From: Promethearchaeota archaeon
GTDB lineage: Archaea > Asgardarchaeota > Lokiarchaeia > Sigyniarchaeales > SOKP01
DNA: 64,000 bases
Assembly: GCA_048939015.1 (NCBI GenBank)
Contig: JBHLPW010000001.1
Location: 16,185 to 80,184, forward strand
Direction: 5' to 3'
The translations under genes were made by a program, and so were the position numbers. Of the stretch, positions 10,342-18,115 are shown in pieces; position 1 is the stretch's first letter; each line of letters starts with the position of its first letter. The notes under the pieces were generated by a model. It had not been told where the DNA came from. It searched no databases and saw nothing but the letters and a program-made list of their open reading frames with translations.

Positions 10342-12741
10342 TTAAATAAAGCAAGAGATATCTTTTTGAATTGACTTCTTGTTATAATCTGATGTCAGTA
10401 ATTCTTTAAGTTCAGGAAACTCAAATGGGAAGATGTTTTCGAAGGCTCTTTTTAGCAGTTCAACATATTTTTTTCTATCATATTCATGTTTTTTTTCATC
10501 ATACAAATCTGAAAGAATAACCTTCTTTTCAGGAAAATTCGGATCAGCATCAGCATTAAGAATAATATATTTCACATTTTTCCCTGCAGATGCGATTTCA
10601 CCCAATCTTTCTAGCTGTCTAGCAGCAACCGCTTGATAGCTATTTACTTTGTATTGATTTGGACTTCGAGAGATTTTTTGTTTTATTGTTAACTCATCTC
10701 GAGATACTCTCCCAGAGTACACCCTCTCAACATATTCATAGAGTTTTTTCTTTACTTTTGGAATTCTTTCAATGAACTGGTCAACAGTTTGAGCACCTTG
10801 AAATACATCAATAAATGCATATTGTGCATCTTTCACAATCTTTGGCATATCTCTGCGCCTTACTTCAATTCCTCTCACCTTTGCCTCCCCATTACTTTTT
10901 ATCCCCCAGTAGTGACTAAGAGCCGGAACATCTGATTCTGCCCGAGAAGGCAAGAAAACGATCACATTATATCTTCCCTCCCAATGCATAGGAATGCCAG
11001 TACTCTCAGATATCTCTTTAGCAATTTCCTTCGTTAATTTTTCAAATTCTTCTGGAGTTCTTCCCGTTGTATCTTTTAGCCACATTGAATCAACAATTCC
11101 GTGAACAATTTTACAGTGGTATTTTTTTGCAATCTCGGCAGATCTCAATAGAAATTCACGAGCAAAAGCACAAACTGTTTGATGCGCCTCAATTTTACCA
11201 AAACGAGCATTCTTAAATCCTAAATATCCAAAACTAACGACAAGTACCCATTTTAATGCAATATCAGTAAATTTGTACCGTAGATCATTATGTGTCTTGT
11301 TGTATTCTTTGCATTCCAAACGCTTCTTTAGTGGTAGACTTATTGACTTTGAGATAATTCCTTGTCTCTTTGTGCAAATATGAAAATTTGTGCCAGGTAC
11401 TCTAATTCCCGTACCATCATCTTTACAGCATTGACAGTTAATAGTTTCAGAAGAGATGTTGAAATTAGCCATTAGAGATGGATACATTGAAGAAAAATCT
11501 AATTCTACTACTTGATCAAAGATTCCAATTAAAGGTTCAAATATGTGCCCTCCTCGATCATTTATAATTAAATCCATCCCACTTCGAAAACCTTCTGGAC
11601 TCTTCTTGAAAGGTGGGATAAGGTGATCTAGTTTATATGCATTATAGTATTGAATTGATTGCAAAGCACCCCCAATTGTTACCCTACATAATCTTTGCAT
11701 CGGAACTCGAGACACTCTTGCAACTTCAATAACACCGGGTATGTTGCCTTCACTAAAATGTAGACTACCATATGTTGTAGTATCCAAATGAAAACGTCCC
11801 GTAAAATAAACTTGTGTTTTTGAACGTCGCATTATTATTCCGTATGACATATAATGATCTGAATTTCCTGACAAATTAAAGATACAATTTCTAAGTGGTG
11901 TTTTTGTGCGAGAAAAATAGAGATCCTTAGAAACTCGATTTACCGATGCCCGAGCTACTAAGTAAGGAAATACGAATTCATCTCCTCCATGTGTTAATAT
12001 AATGTCAGGATCCAATCGCTCAATTACCTTACTGATAGTCTTGATCGTTTCAGCTTCATCGGCTTTGTCAATTAGGATCTTTCTTCTTCTCAGTCCATCT
12101 GCTCTTGGAATGTTAGCCTCTTCATCGTTTTCAACAATACTAACTTCTGCATATGCTAGAGGATCGTTATAGTAGGATCTCATTCCACAATGCTGTACTT
12201 TTATATCCAACCATACAGCCTTTAGAGGAGGTAATTCATAGAATAATTCCTCGTTGTCATCTTTTAATTCTAATGAAATTAAACGTAGTTTAGTTTTTTT
12301 TTCATCTTCAAACTTGACTTTTAAATTACATCGAGACATTGGAAATAAATCATTAACATAGAAATACATTTGAGAGATTGGAAGATCCGTGTTATATAAG
12401 GTAAAAAAGCCAATTTTTTCGATTTCTTTTATTGTCTTCTTAAACACCGAAGGTTTTTCAACAGAAACTCCGAATATTTTTGTTTTTTCATGTTCCTCTA
12501 GCTTTACATATTTTTTGCAGATTCTTACTTCTTTTATATTATGATGAGATCTAAGAATCTGTTTTAATCTCTTGAGATCATTACCCACATGCTTTTTTGG
12601 TACAGCAAAAAACTCAGGGTGGAAATCATGAAATATTTTCACAACCTTTTGTTCTCTTACTGTTTTTACCCATAGAATTACTCCATTTCGGTAAGTAGAG
12701 ACATCCAAAAGCCAGCCATCGAATTGATCTTGGTAATCCAC
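10342..12741 (-). CDS. polB: Family-B DNA polymerase, divergent (PolB2-like; exonuclease motifs degenerate)
   Basis: GTG start. Motif A ELDFSSMYPSLM, motif B-like KWVLVVSFGYLG, motif C region KIVHGIVDSMW, and VRGIEVRRRD. The Exo I position reads WLDIKV (DxE to DxK). The Exo II position reads THGGDEFVFPYL (N and FD residues replaced). Confidence 0.88.
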   Translation of the reverse strand: MDYQDQFDGWLLDVSTYRNGVILWVKTVREQKVVKIFHDFHPEFFAVPKKHVGNDLKRLKQILRSHHNIKEVRICKKYVKLEEHEKTKIFGVSVEKPSVFKKTIKEIEKIGFFTLYNTDLPISQMYFYVNDLFPMSRCNLKVKFEDEKKTKLRLISLELKDDNEELFYELPPLKAVWLDIKVQHCGMRSYYNDPLAYAEVSIVENDEEANIPRADGLRRRKILIDKADEAETIKTISKVIERLDPDIILTHGGDEFVFPYLVARASVNRVSKDLYFSRTKTPLRNCIFNLSGNSDHYMSYGIIMRRSKTQVYFTGRFHLDTTTYGSLHFSEGNIPGVIEVARVSRVPMQRLCRVTIGGALQSIQYYNAYKLDHLIPPFKKSPEGFRSGMDLIINDRGGHIFEPLIGIFDQVVELDFSSMYPSLMANFNISSETINCQCCKDDGTGIRVPGTNFHICTKRQGIISKSISLPLKKRLECKEYNKTHNDLRYKFTDIALKWVLVVSFGYLGFKNARFGKIEAHQTVCAFAREFLLRSAEIAKKYHCKIVHGIVDSMWLKDTTGRTPEEFEKLTKEIAKEISESTGIPMHWEGRYNVIVFLPSRAESDVPALSHYWGIKSNGEAKVRGIEVRRRDMPKIVKDAQYAFIDVFQGAQTVDQFIERIPKVKKKLYEYVERVYSGRVSRDELTIKQKISRSPNQYKVNSYQAVAARQLERLGEIASAGKNVKYIILNADADPNFPEKKVILSDLYDEKKHEYDRKKYVELLKRAFENIFPFEFPELKELLTSDYNKKSIQKDISCFI

Positions 12742-12744
12742 TCT

Positions 12745-13020
12745 CTAACCTTTCCCTTTTATCATTTCTTCAAATTCATTTATTTTTACTTCTAATGCTT
12801 CAATTTTTTTTTCTTGTTCGACTGCAATGGAGATAAAAAGTATTTCTGACAACATTGGACGTGCACTCATGCTACCCGCATCTGCGTGTATTCGAGCAAA
12901 ATTCATCAATTTGTCAAATATCTTCTGTTCCTCTGGACGTAGTGCTCTTTTGAAATCTTTCCAACTTTCAATCTCATGTTCCAAAGCAGGTCGAAAAGAA
13001 GGCACAGTTCTACCCATCAT
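12745..13020 (-). CDS. Hypothetical 91-aa protein, apparently co-transcribed with polB
   Basis: ORF with ATG start. Its TAG stop lies 3 nt upstream of the polB GTG start. C-terminal coiled-coil (KKIEALEVKINEFEEMIKGK). No family recognised. Confidence 0.5.
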   Translation of the reverse strand: MMGRTVPSFRPALEHEIESWKDFKRALRPEEQKIFDKLMNFARIHADAGSMSARPMLSEILFISIAVEQEKKIEALEVKINEFEEMIKGKG

Positions 13021-13199
13021 TTCACTTCCATTCTTTTCAAATCCCAGAAAGTAAGTATTTCAGTAAATTAAAAGGAGAATACATTACTAATTTTCTAATT
13101 TCTGAGAATTTTGATTTTATTTAGTATATTCATTCTAAATAAATAGAATCCTTAATTATTATTTCTAATAATCAGATTTAAACAATAGACCGGATACAA

Positions 13200-14171
13200 A
13201 TGAGTTATAAAATCATTGATTCTCTTTGTTATGTGCCTACTGAAGAGGTATTCATAGATCTTTTAGTATCCTTACCTCCCCAAATGGCAAGATACCTTAA
13301 GGATGTGTTTGGACCGAGAGTAGCTCCTCTTTTGGGTATTACATCAGAAGAACTCTATAAAATGAAATCAACACTTAGTACATCCGAACTCAAGAAGGCA
13401 ATTAAACCACTTTTGCCCAAAATAAGGAAATTAACAATGTCTATTGAAGAATTTGTTGAAGAACTCAATAAAATGGGTGTAGAAAAGGCTGTAATTTTCA
13501 ATTTAGACGAAGAGACGCCCAGTGGTATTGCAGGACTTCCAAATGATTATTATGCAGAGATTGTGAGACAATTTCCCGATAAATTTATAGGAATCGCGGG
13601 GATTGATCCCTTGAAAAAAAAGAAGGCTATTCAAGAAATTAAAAGATCATTTGAGTTAGGTCTTAGAGGAATTGCGATTAGACCTTTTATGTTTCAAATA
13701 AGACCTACTGACAAAAAAATGTACCCAATTTATGATAAATGTGTGGAATTAGATATTCCAATATGGTTTCATATGTCTATAAATTACTCAACTAATACAA
13801 TGGAGGTTGAACGTCCAATTTATCTTGATATTGTTGCTCAAGACTTTCCTGAATTAAAGATAATTGCTGGACATGGAGGATGGCCTTGGGTGAATGAATT
13901 AGTTGCTGTTGCGTGGCGGAATCCCAATATTTACATTGATATTGCTTCTTACCTTCCTAAATATATAGGCATGAAAGGAACAGGATGGGAACCCCTAATA
14001 CATTATGGAAATACAGTGATTCAGGACCGTATCCTTTTTGGGTCAACTTGGCTTTTTATGGGCATGTCAGTAAAGCAACTTGCAGATGAAGTAATGAAAT
14101 TGCCATTAAAAGAAGAAGTAAAAGAAAATTGGCTTTATAATAATGCTGCTCGTCTTTTTAGAATAAAATAG
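13200..14171 (+). CDS. Amidohydrolase-2 family metal-dependent hydrolase (ACMSD-like)
   Basis: The pattern VEKAVIF, GIAGIDP, GLRGIAIRP, IPIWFHM, KIIAGHGGWPWVNE and NIYIDIAS is typical of PF04909-type TIM-barrel hydrolases. Confidence 0.7.
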   Translation: MSYKIIDSLCYVPTEEVFIDLLVSLPPQMARYLKDVFGPRVAPLLGITSEELYKMKSTLSTSELKKAIKPLLPKIRKLTMSIEEFVEELNKMGVEKAVIFNLDEETPSGIAGLPNDYYAEIVRQFPDKFIGIAGIDPLKKKKAIQEIKRSFELGLRGIAIRPFMFQIRPTDKKMYPIYDKCVELDIPIWFHMSINYSTNTMEVERPIYLDIVAQDFPELKIIAGHGGWPWVNELVAVAWRNPNIYIDIASYLPKYIGMKGTGWEPLIHYGNTVIQDRILFGSTWLFMGMSVKQLADEVMKLPLKEEVKENWLYNNAARLFRIK

Positions 14172-14183
14172 ATGATTAGGTAT

Positions 14184-14342
14184 TCATTTTTCTTTTTTAT
14201 TGCACTCTGGACACAAGATTTCATCATAGTCTTCTAAATCACTTCTCCAAACATATATTATACCACATCCCCCACATAATTTGCATACCTTCATATCTCC
14301 TTTTGGATGCACAAAATAACTCAGTATTTTATTCACCTCCAT
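14184..14342 (-). CDS. Small zinc-ribbon protein (52 aa from ATG 14342; 36 aa if from ATG 14294)
   Basis: Hand translation: MEVNKILSYFVHPKGDMKVCKLCGGCGIIYVWRSDLEDYDEILCPECNKKEK. It has CxxC...CxxC. Below the ORF-track cut-off. Confidence 0.35.
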   Translation of the reverse strand: MEVNKILSYFVHPKGDMKVCKLCGGCGIIYVWRSDLEDYDEILCPECNKKEK

Positions 14343-14554
14343 TAAAGACGAATAAGATTTTTTTATTATAAATTCTTAAGTTTCAAATATTGTGAAACTC
14401 CATCTATATATTAATAAACTACCTATATAAATGTTTTCATATTTTTTGAAGCTTGAAAAAAATTTTTTTTGAATTCTAAATTTTAGTTTCACATAAAATT
14501 ATATTGAAATAAAAGTCTAATAGTACTATAAAAACTCTATTCAATAACTTAATA

Positions 14555-14971
14555 ATGACTGATGAAATAAAAAAATGGCACGCTCCATGTGGAATTTATT
14601 GTAAGAGATGTCCTGGAGTAGGATCTTTTGGGTGTACTGGCTGTAGAGAGAAAAAGGGTCAAATTCTTAAATTTCCCATATGTAAAACTTATGAATGTGT
14701 TACAAAAAAAGGATATAATTTTTGTTTTGAATGTAATGATTTTCCCTGTGAAATGCTTCAACCTATTGTTAATTTTGAAATTTTCACACCACATAATTCT
14801 AAAATCTATAATTCAATTATGATTCATAAATTAGGATTGGATGAATGGAATAAAATCTGTGAAGAGAAAACTACACTCTATTACAATGGAAAAAAAATCC
14901 AGTATGGTGGTGATCCTCTCACATTAGAAGAAAAAGATCCAAATATGTACAAAAAGAAAACAAAAAACTAA
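14555..14971 (+). CDS. DUF3795-like cysteine-rich protein
   Basis: CGIYCKRCPG...GCTGC...CKTYEC...CFECNDFPCE matches the spacing of the DUF3795 Cys-rich domain. Confidence 0.6.
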   Translation: MTDEIKKWHAPCGIYCKRCPGVGSFGCTGCREKKGQILKFPICKTYECVTKKGYNFCFECNDFPCEMLQPIVNFEIFTPHNSKIYNSIMIHKLGLDEWNKICEEKTTLYYNGKKIQYGGDPLTLEEKDPNMYKKKTKN

Positions 14972-15001
14972 GATTAACAGTTTTCTATTACTTGATTAAA
15001 T

Positions 15002-15166
15002 TTAATCTAACGATTCGATTACTCTAGCATAATCTTCTTTTTTAGCCTTCCTAATCGCTTGCGCTCCACACGTTTCACAAAATTCTACTTTAGTGTGCGC
15101 AAATTTACCACATTTATCACATATAAAAGGAAATGATTTTTTATATAATTTTAAATCTATATTTAT
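15002..15166 (-). CDS. Zinc-ribbon paralogue of the 15257-15586 gene, no canonical start codon (possible pseudogene or non-canonical start)
   Basis: Hand translation after the in-frame TGA: INIDLKLYKKSFPFICDKCGKFAHTKVEFCETCGAQAIRKAKKEDYARVIESLD. It aligns with NLDIKRFKKTYKFICDDCGEFMHTKADFCEKCGS of the neighbouring gene. No in-frame ATG/GTG/TTG. Confidence 0.3.
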   Translation of the reverse strand: MNIDLKLYKKSFPFICDKCGKFAHTKVEFCETCGAQAIRKAKKEDYARVIESLD

Positions 15167-15256
15167 TCACCTATTTTTTTATATAGATGAGACCTCTAAA
15201 AAAATAGAAATAAACTGATCCTAGAAAATATTATTTCAGATATTATATATTATCTT

Positions 15257-15586
15257 CTATTCATTTTTCTCTGCCTTTTCAGCTTTCTCTGTAGCTCTTT
15301 TCTCTGCTCTTTCAGCTTTCTCTGTAGCCCTTTTTTCTGCTCTTTCAGCTTTCTCTGTAGCTCTTTCCTCTGCTAAAACAGCCTTGTGTTCTGCTTTCTC
15401 TCCAGCTAAAACTGATTTCTGTTTTGATTCATATTTAAGATAATCGTCTCTTGTTGGTTTCCTCATATTTTTTGAACCACATTTTTCACAGAAGTCTGCC
15501 TTTGTATGCATAAACTCTCCACAATCATCACAGATAAACTTATAGGTCTTTTTAAATCTTTTTATATCCAAATTTGTACACCTCAA
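15257..15586 (-). CDS. Zinc-ribbon protein with a repetitive charged C-terminal tail
   Basis: N-terminal CDDCG...CEKCG zinc ribbon. The C-terminus has three copies of an 11-aa unit (ATEKAERAEKR-type). Confidence 0.6.
   Translation of the reverse strand: MRCTNLDIKRFKKTYKFICDDCGEFMHTKADFCEKCGSKNMRKPTRDDYLKYESKQKSVLAGEKAEHKAVLAEERATEKAERAEKRATEKAERAEKRATEKAEKAEKNE
15278..15376 (-). repeat. Three in-frame tandem 33-nt repeats
   Basis: The unit ttcagctttctctgtagc... starts at 15278, 15311 and 15344 (period 33), with few mismatches. It encodes the EKAERAEKRAT repeats. Confidence 0.8.
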
Positions 15587-15752
15587 TGCTTTAATTTTTT
15601 TCTAGATGTTATTGACATTTAGTTAACATTATTTAAATAATTATTTACTTTGTTTCAGATAACTTTTTTGAAGTGTTTTAGTCTATAATAAAATTTCATC
15701 TATATTTCCAAAAATAAAACTTTATAATTTCATACTTTAATAATAATTTATT

Positions 15753-16490
15753 ATGTATCAATTGAACATTGTGCAATTAAATCTCATTGGTGCAATCTTT
15801 GAAATTTTTATCATCATATTTGCTGCAATACTATTGATCCTCATTACAAGAAAATATTTTATTAAACGCCATAAACTTACACGGTTACTATTAATAATTT
15901 TCATAGCCTATTTTATAGCAATCTTCTTTTCTTGGTTATCAAAAATTTTTGTATTTTTAGGATTTACTGCCGTGCAAGACGGTTCTATAGGGGCTTGGTT
16001 ATATAACATTATAACAGATTTTAGATTAAGCGAATTTTTTGTGACTATCGCAATCTTTTTGTCTTACATTTTGAAAGTAAATGTGTTCGAAAAGGGATAT
16101 AATACAGTACAAAAATACGTAATTATTATTTACGGAGTATTTGCATGTGTGTATGTTTTATTTATTTATGTTTCGGGGAATACTCTATTAGACATATTGG
16201 CTTTTTTAATAGTTTTTATATATATGGTAATGGTCTATGGACCATTTCTAAGAAGATCTATTGAATCCTATAAAGCTGTTGAAGGGAAAGCATATAGACA
16301 AGCATTTTTATCATTAGCTATAATGTCAATTAGTTTTATGTTGATTTTTCTTAATTTTGCAATCGATAGACTACTAATCTTTTTAGGGAGTCCTGGTTTT
16401 ACTGTGTTTTATTTTCTTGCATGGATTTTTGCATTAATTGGAATTTTTGGAGCATACTATGGATATATTCGACCGAAAGCTACTGAATAA
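15753..16490 (+). CDS. Multi-pass (about 7 TM) membrane protein, unknown function
   Basis: 245-aa ORF with seven hydrophobic segments. No retinal-binding lysine pattern or other family motif recognised. Confidence 0.55.
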   Translation: MYQLNIVQLNLIGAIFEIFIIIFAAILLILITRKYFIKRHKLTRLLLIIFIAYFIAIFFSWLSKIFVFLGFTAVQDGSIGAWLYNIITDFRLSEFFVTIAIFLSYILKVNVFEKGYNTVQKYVIIIYGVFACVYVLFIYVSGNTLLDILAFLIVFIYMVMVYGPFLRRSIESYKAVEGKAYRQAFLSLAIMSISFMLIFLNFAIDRLLIFLGSPGFTVFYFLAWIFALIGIFGAYYGYIRPKATE

Positions 16491-16580
16491 TTACCATCAA
16501 TTTTTAAAACACTAAACATTAAAGATTTTATATTTATTTTTTCTTTACTAGTTTTAGAGTAAAAAGGAAAATATCAAGCA

Positions 16581-17003
16581 GTGATTTCTGTGGAAAAGAT
16601 AATACAAGATATTTGGATATTAAACGATGCCGGAATTGTTTTATTCAGTCGAGTTTTTAATCCTAGAGTAGATGATCAGTTATTTGGAGGTCTTATGAGT
16701 GCTCTGAATACTTTTGCAGAAAATATCTCTGATGGAGGTCTATCTAGTTTCATCATCAAGGATGTGAAGTATATAATTATGAAACAATATGGATTACTAT
16801 TTATTGTAAATTCTTCAAAAAAAACTAAAGAGAAGAAAGTCAATGAAGAATTGAAGAGTATCGTAAGTAAATTCTTCAAATTATATCCAAAAGATATGTT
16901 TGAAACTTGGAATAGTGATATAAGTGTTTTTGCTGATTTCGAAAAACATATTCAAAATAGTCTACAGGATACTATAGACAAATTTGAAAGAGCTTTTTGG
17001 TAA
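16581..17003 (+). CDS. Longin/roadblock-superfamily-like small protein
   Basis: GTG start. IWILNDAGIVLFSRVF...LFGGLMSALNTFAENIS..GLSSFIIKDVKYIIMKQYGLLFIVNSS follows the beta-beta-alpha-beta pattern of longin/TRAPP/sigma-adaptin-like domains. Assigned by eye only. Confidence 0.45.
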   Translation: MISVEKIIQDIWILNDAGIVLFSRVFNPRVDDQLFGGLMSALNTFAENISDGGLSSFIIKDVKYIIMKQYGLLFIVNSSKKTKEKKVNEELKSIVSKFFKLYPKDMFETWNSDISVFADFEKHIQNSLQDTIDKFERAFW

Positions 17004-17007
17004 TACA

Positions 17008-17778
17008 TTAAAACCAGTAATCTATCGTTGTATTCTTTAAAGGAACTTTTTTCTTGGGTATACGGCGCTTCCATTTTTTCAGCCTTTTTTCAGGCAAGTA
17101 AGGATGTTGTACTAAAACATATTCATCAAACCTTTCGTCGTCATTTATCATCACTAATACATTTCCAAAATGACTTAATATCTTTCCTCCTTTCGGTCTG
17201 AAAAGAGAGTGTTCATGTAAAGGCGCTGTTATAATAATAAGAGGTTTTGTCTTCTGGAGTATTCGTTTAATTCCATCTATCATTTTTAGCAGTTCTTCGA
17301 ACGTTTGCTTTTCATAGCCTTCAAACATGGTTGTTATCCCTGAGATTAAGACCACTTTCACATCTTCAAGCATGGAGAGCCTGTTCTCTAAAATTTCAAC
17401 CATTTGGTCAAAAGTGAAAGATCTACTTATGAGGATATTTTCTAATACTTTTCGAGGAGACAAATTCTGCGAAACCGCAAATTTGCTTACATCATAAGGG
17501 TTGAACCTATTATTTCCATCGATGAAAGCGACTTTAATGCCCTCTCCAAATCCTCCATTATCAATCGGTTTTTGGGCAATAACTGCAGTTGTTAGCAAAA
17601 TGTTTGTCGTTAATTTCTTATCTCCATAGAGTAAGTACACTAAATCACGATGAAAACCTCCAGAAAGCAACTCATCTAGTGTGTGATCCCCACTTGAAAT
17701 GAGTGGCAAATGATTGTTTCTTTTCAACACCATAAATCCATCATCATAAGGGAGTAAAGATTCTTCGAAAGTCATCAT
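17008..17778 (-). CDS. RadA/RadB-like RecA-superfamily paralogue with degenerate Walker A and B
   Basis: LDELLSGGFHRDLVYLLYGDKKLTTNILL aligns to LD.LLGGG...G.IT..YGE.GSGKT. Further matches are IKVAFIDGNNRFNP, VKVVLISG (Walker B position, no Asp), KGGKILSHFGNVLV and HPYLPEK. ATG 17778 was chosen over the TTG at 17841. Confidence 0.6.
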   Translation of the reverse strand: MMTFEESLLPYDDGFMVLKRNNHLPLISSGDHTLDELLSGGFHRDLVYLLYGDKKLTTNILLTTAVIAQKPIDNGGFGEGIKVAFIDGNNRFNPYDVSKFAVSQNLSPRKVLENILISRSFTFDQMVEILENRLSMLEDVKVVLISGITTMFEGYEKQTFEELLKMIDGIKRILQKTKPLIIITAPLHEHSLFRPKGGKILSHFGNVLVMINDDERFDEYVLVQHPYLPEKRLKKWKRRIPKKKVPLKNTTIDYWF

Positions 17779-18115
17779 ATGATTTAAAGATTCTTCAAAA
17801 TAAAACAGCCATACACCGACAATTTTCTGAAATAGATGCAATTTCTATCTAGTTTAGACATAATGTTTCTGTTCTCCAGAAGAAAGGTTCTCTTAAAAGA
17901 AATACTATTTCAGGGAGACTGAGAGGGGAGATTAAAAGTAAAAATAAAATATAAAAAAGTCTTTAACATGCTTTATAGGCTTTAAAATTGAGAATCTATA
18001 ATTGATCATATTAGGAAATTTGGAGGATAACTAAAATCAAACTTTATAATAAGTGTTACAAAATTATTTATTATCAATAATTTAATTATAAAAATCAAAA
18101 AAAAATTGTTATAAA

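Noticed and set aside
14549-14822. ORFs 14549-14794 (minus strand) and 14628-14822 (plus strand) overlapping the DUF3795-like gene.
   Set aside because: The DUF3795-like frame has a coherent Cys-motif pattern, and the alternatives are low-complexity.
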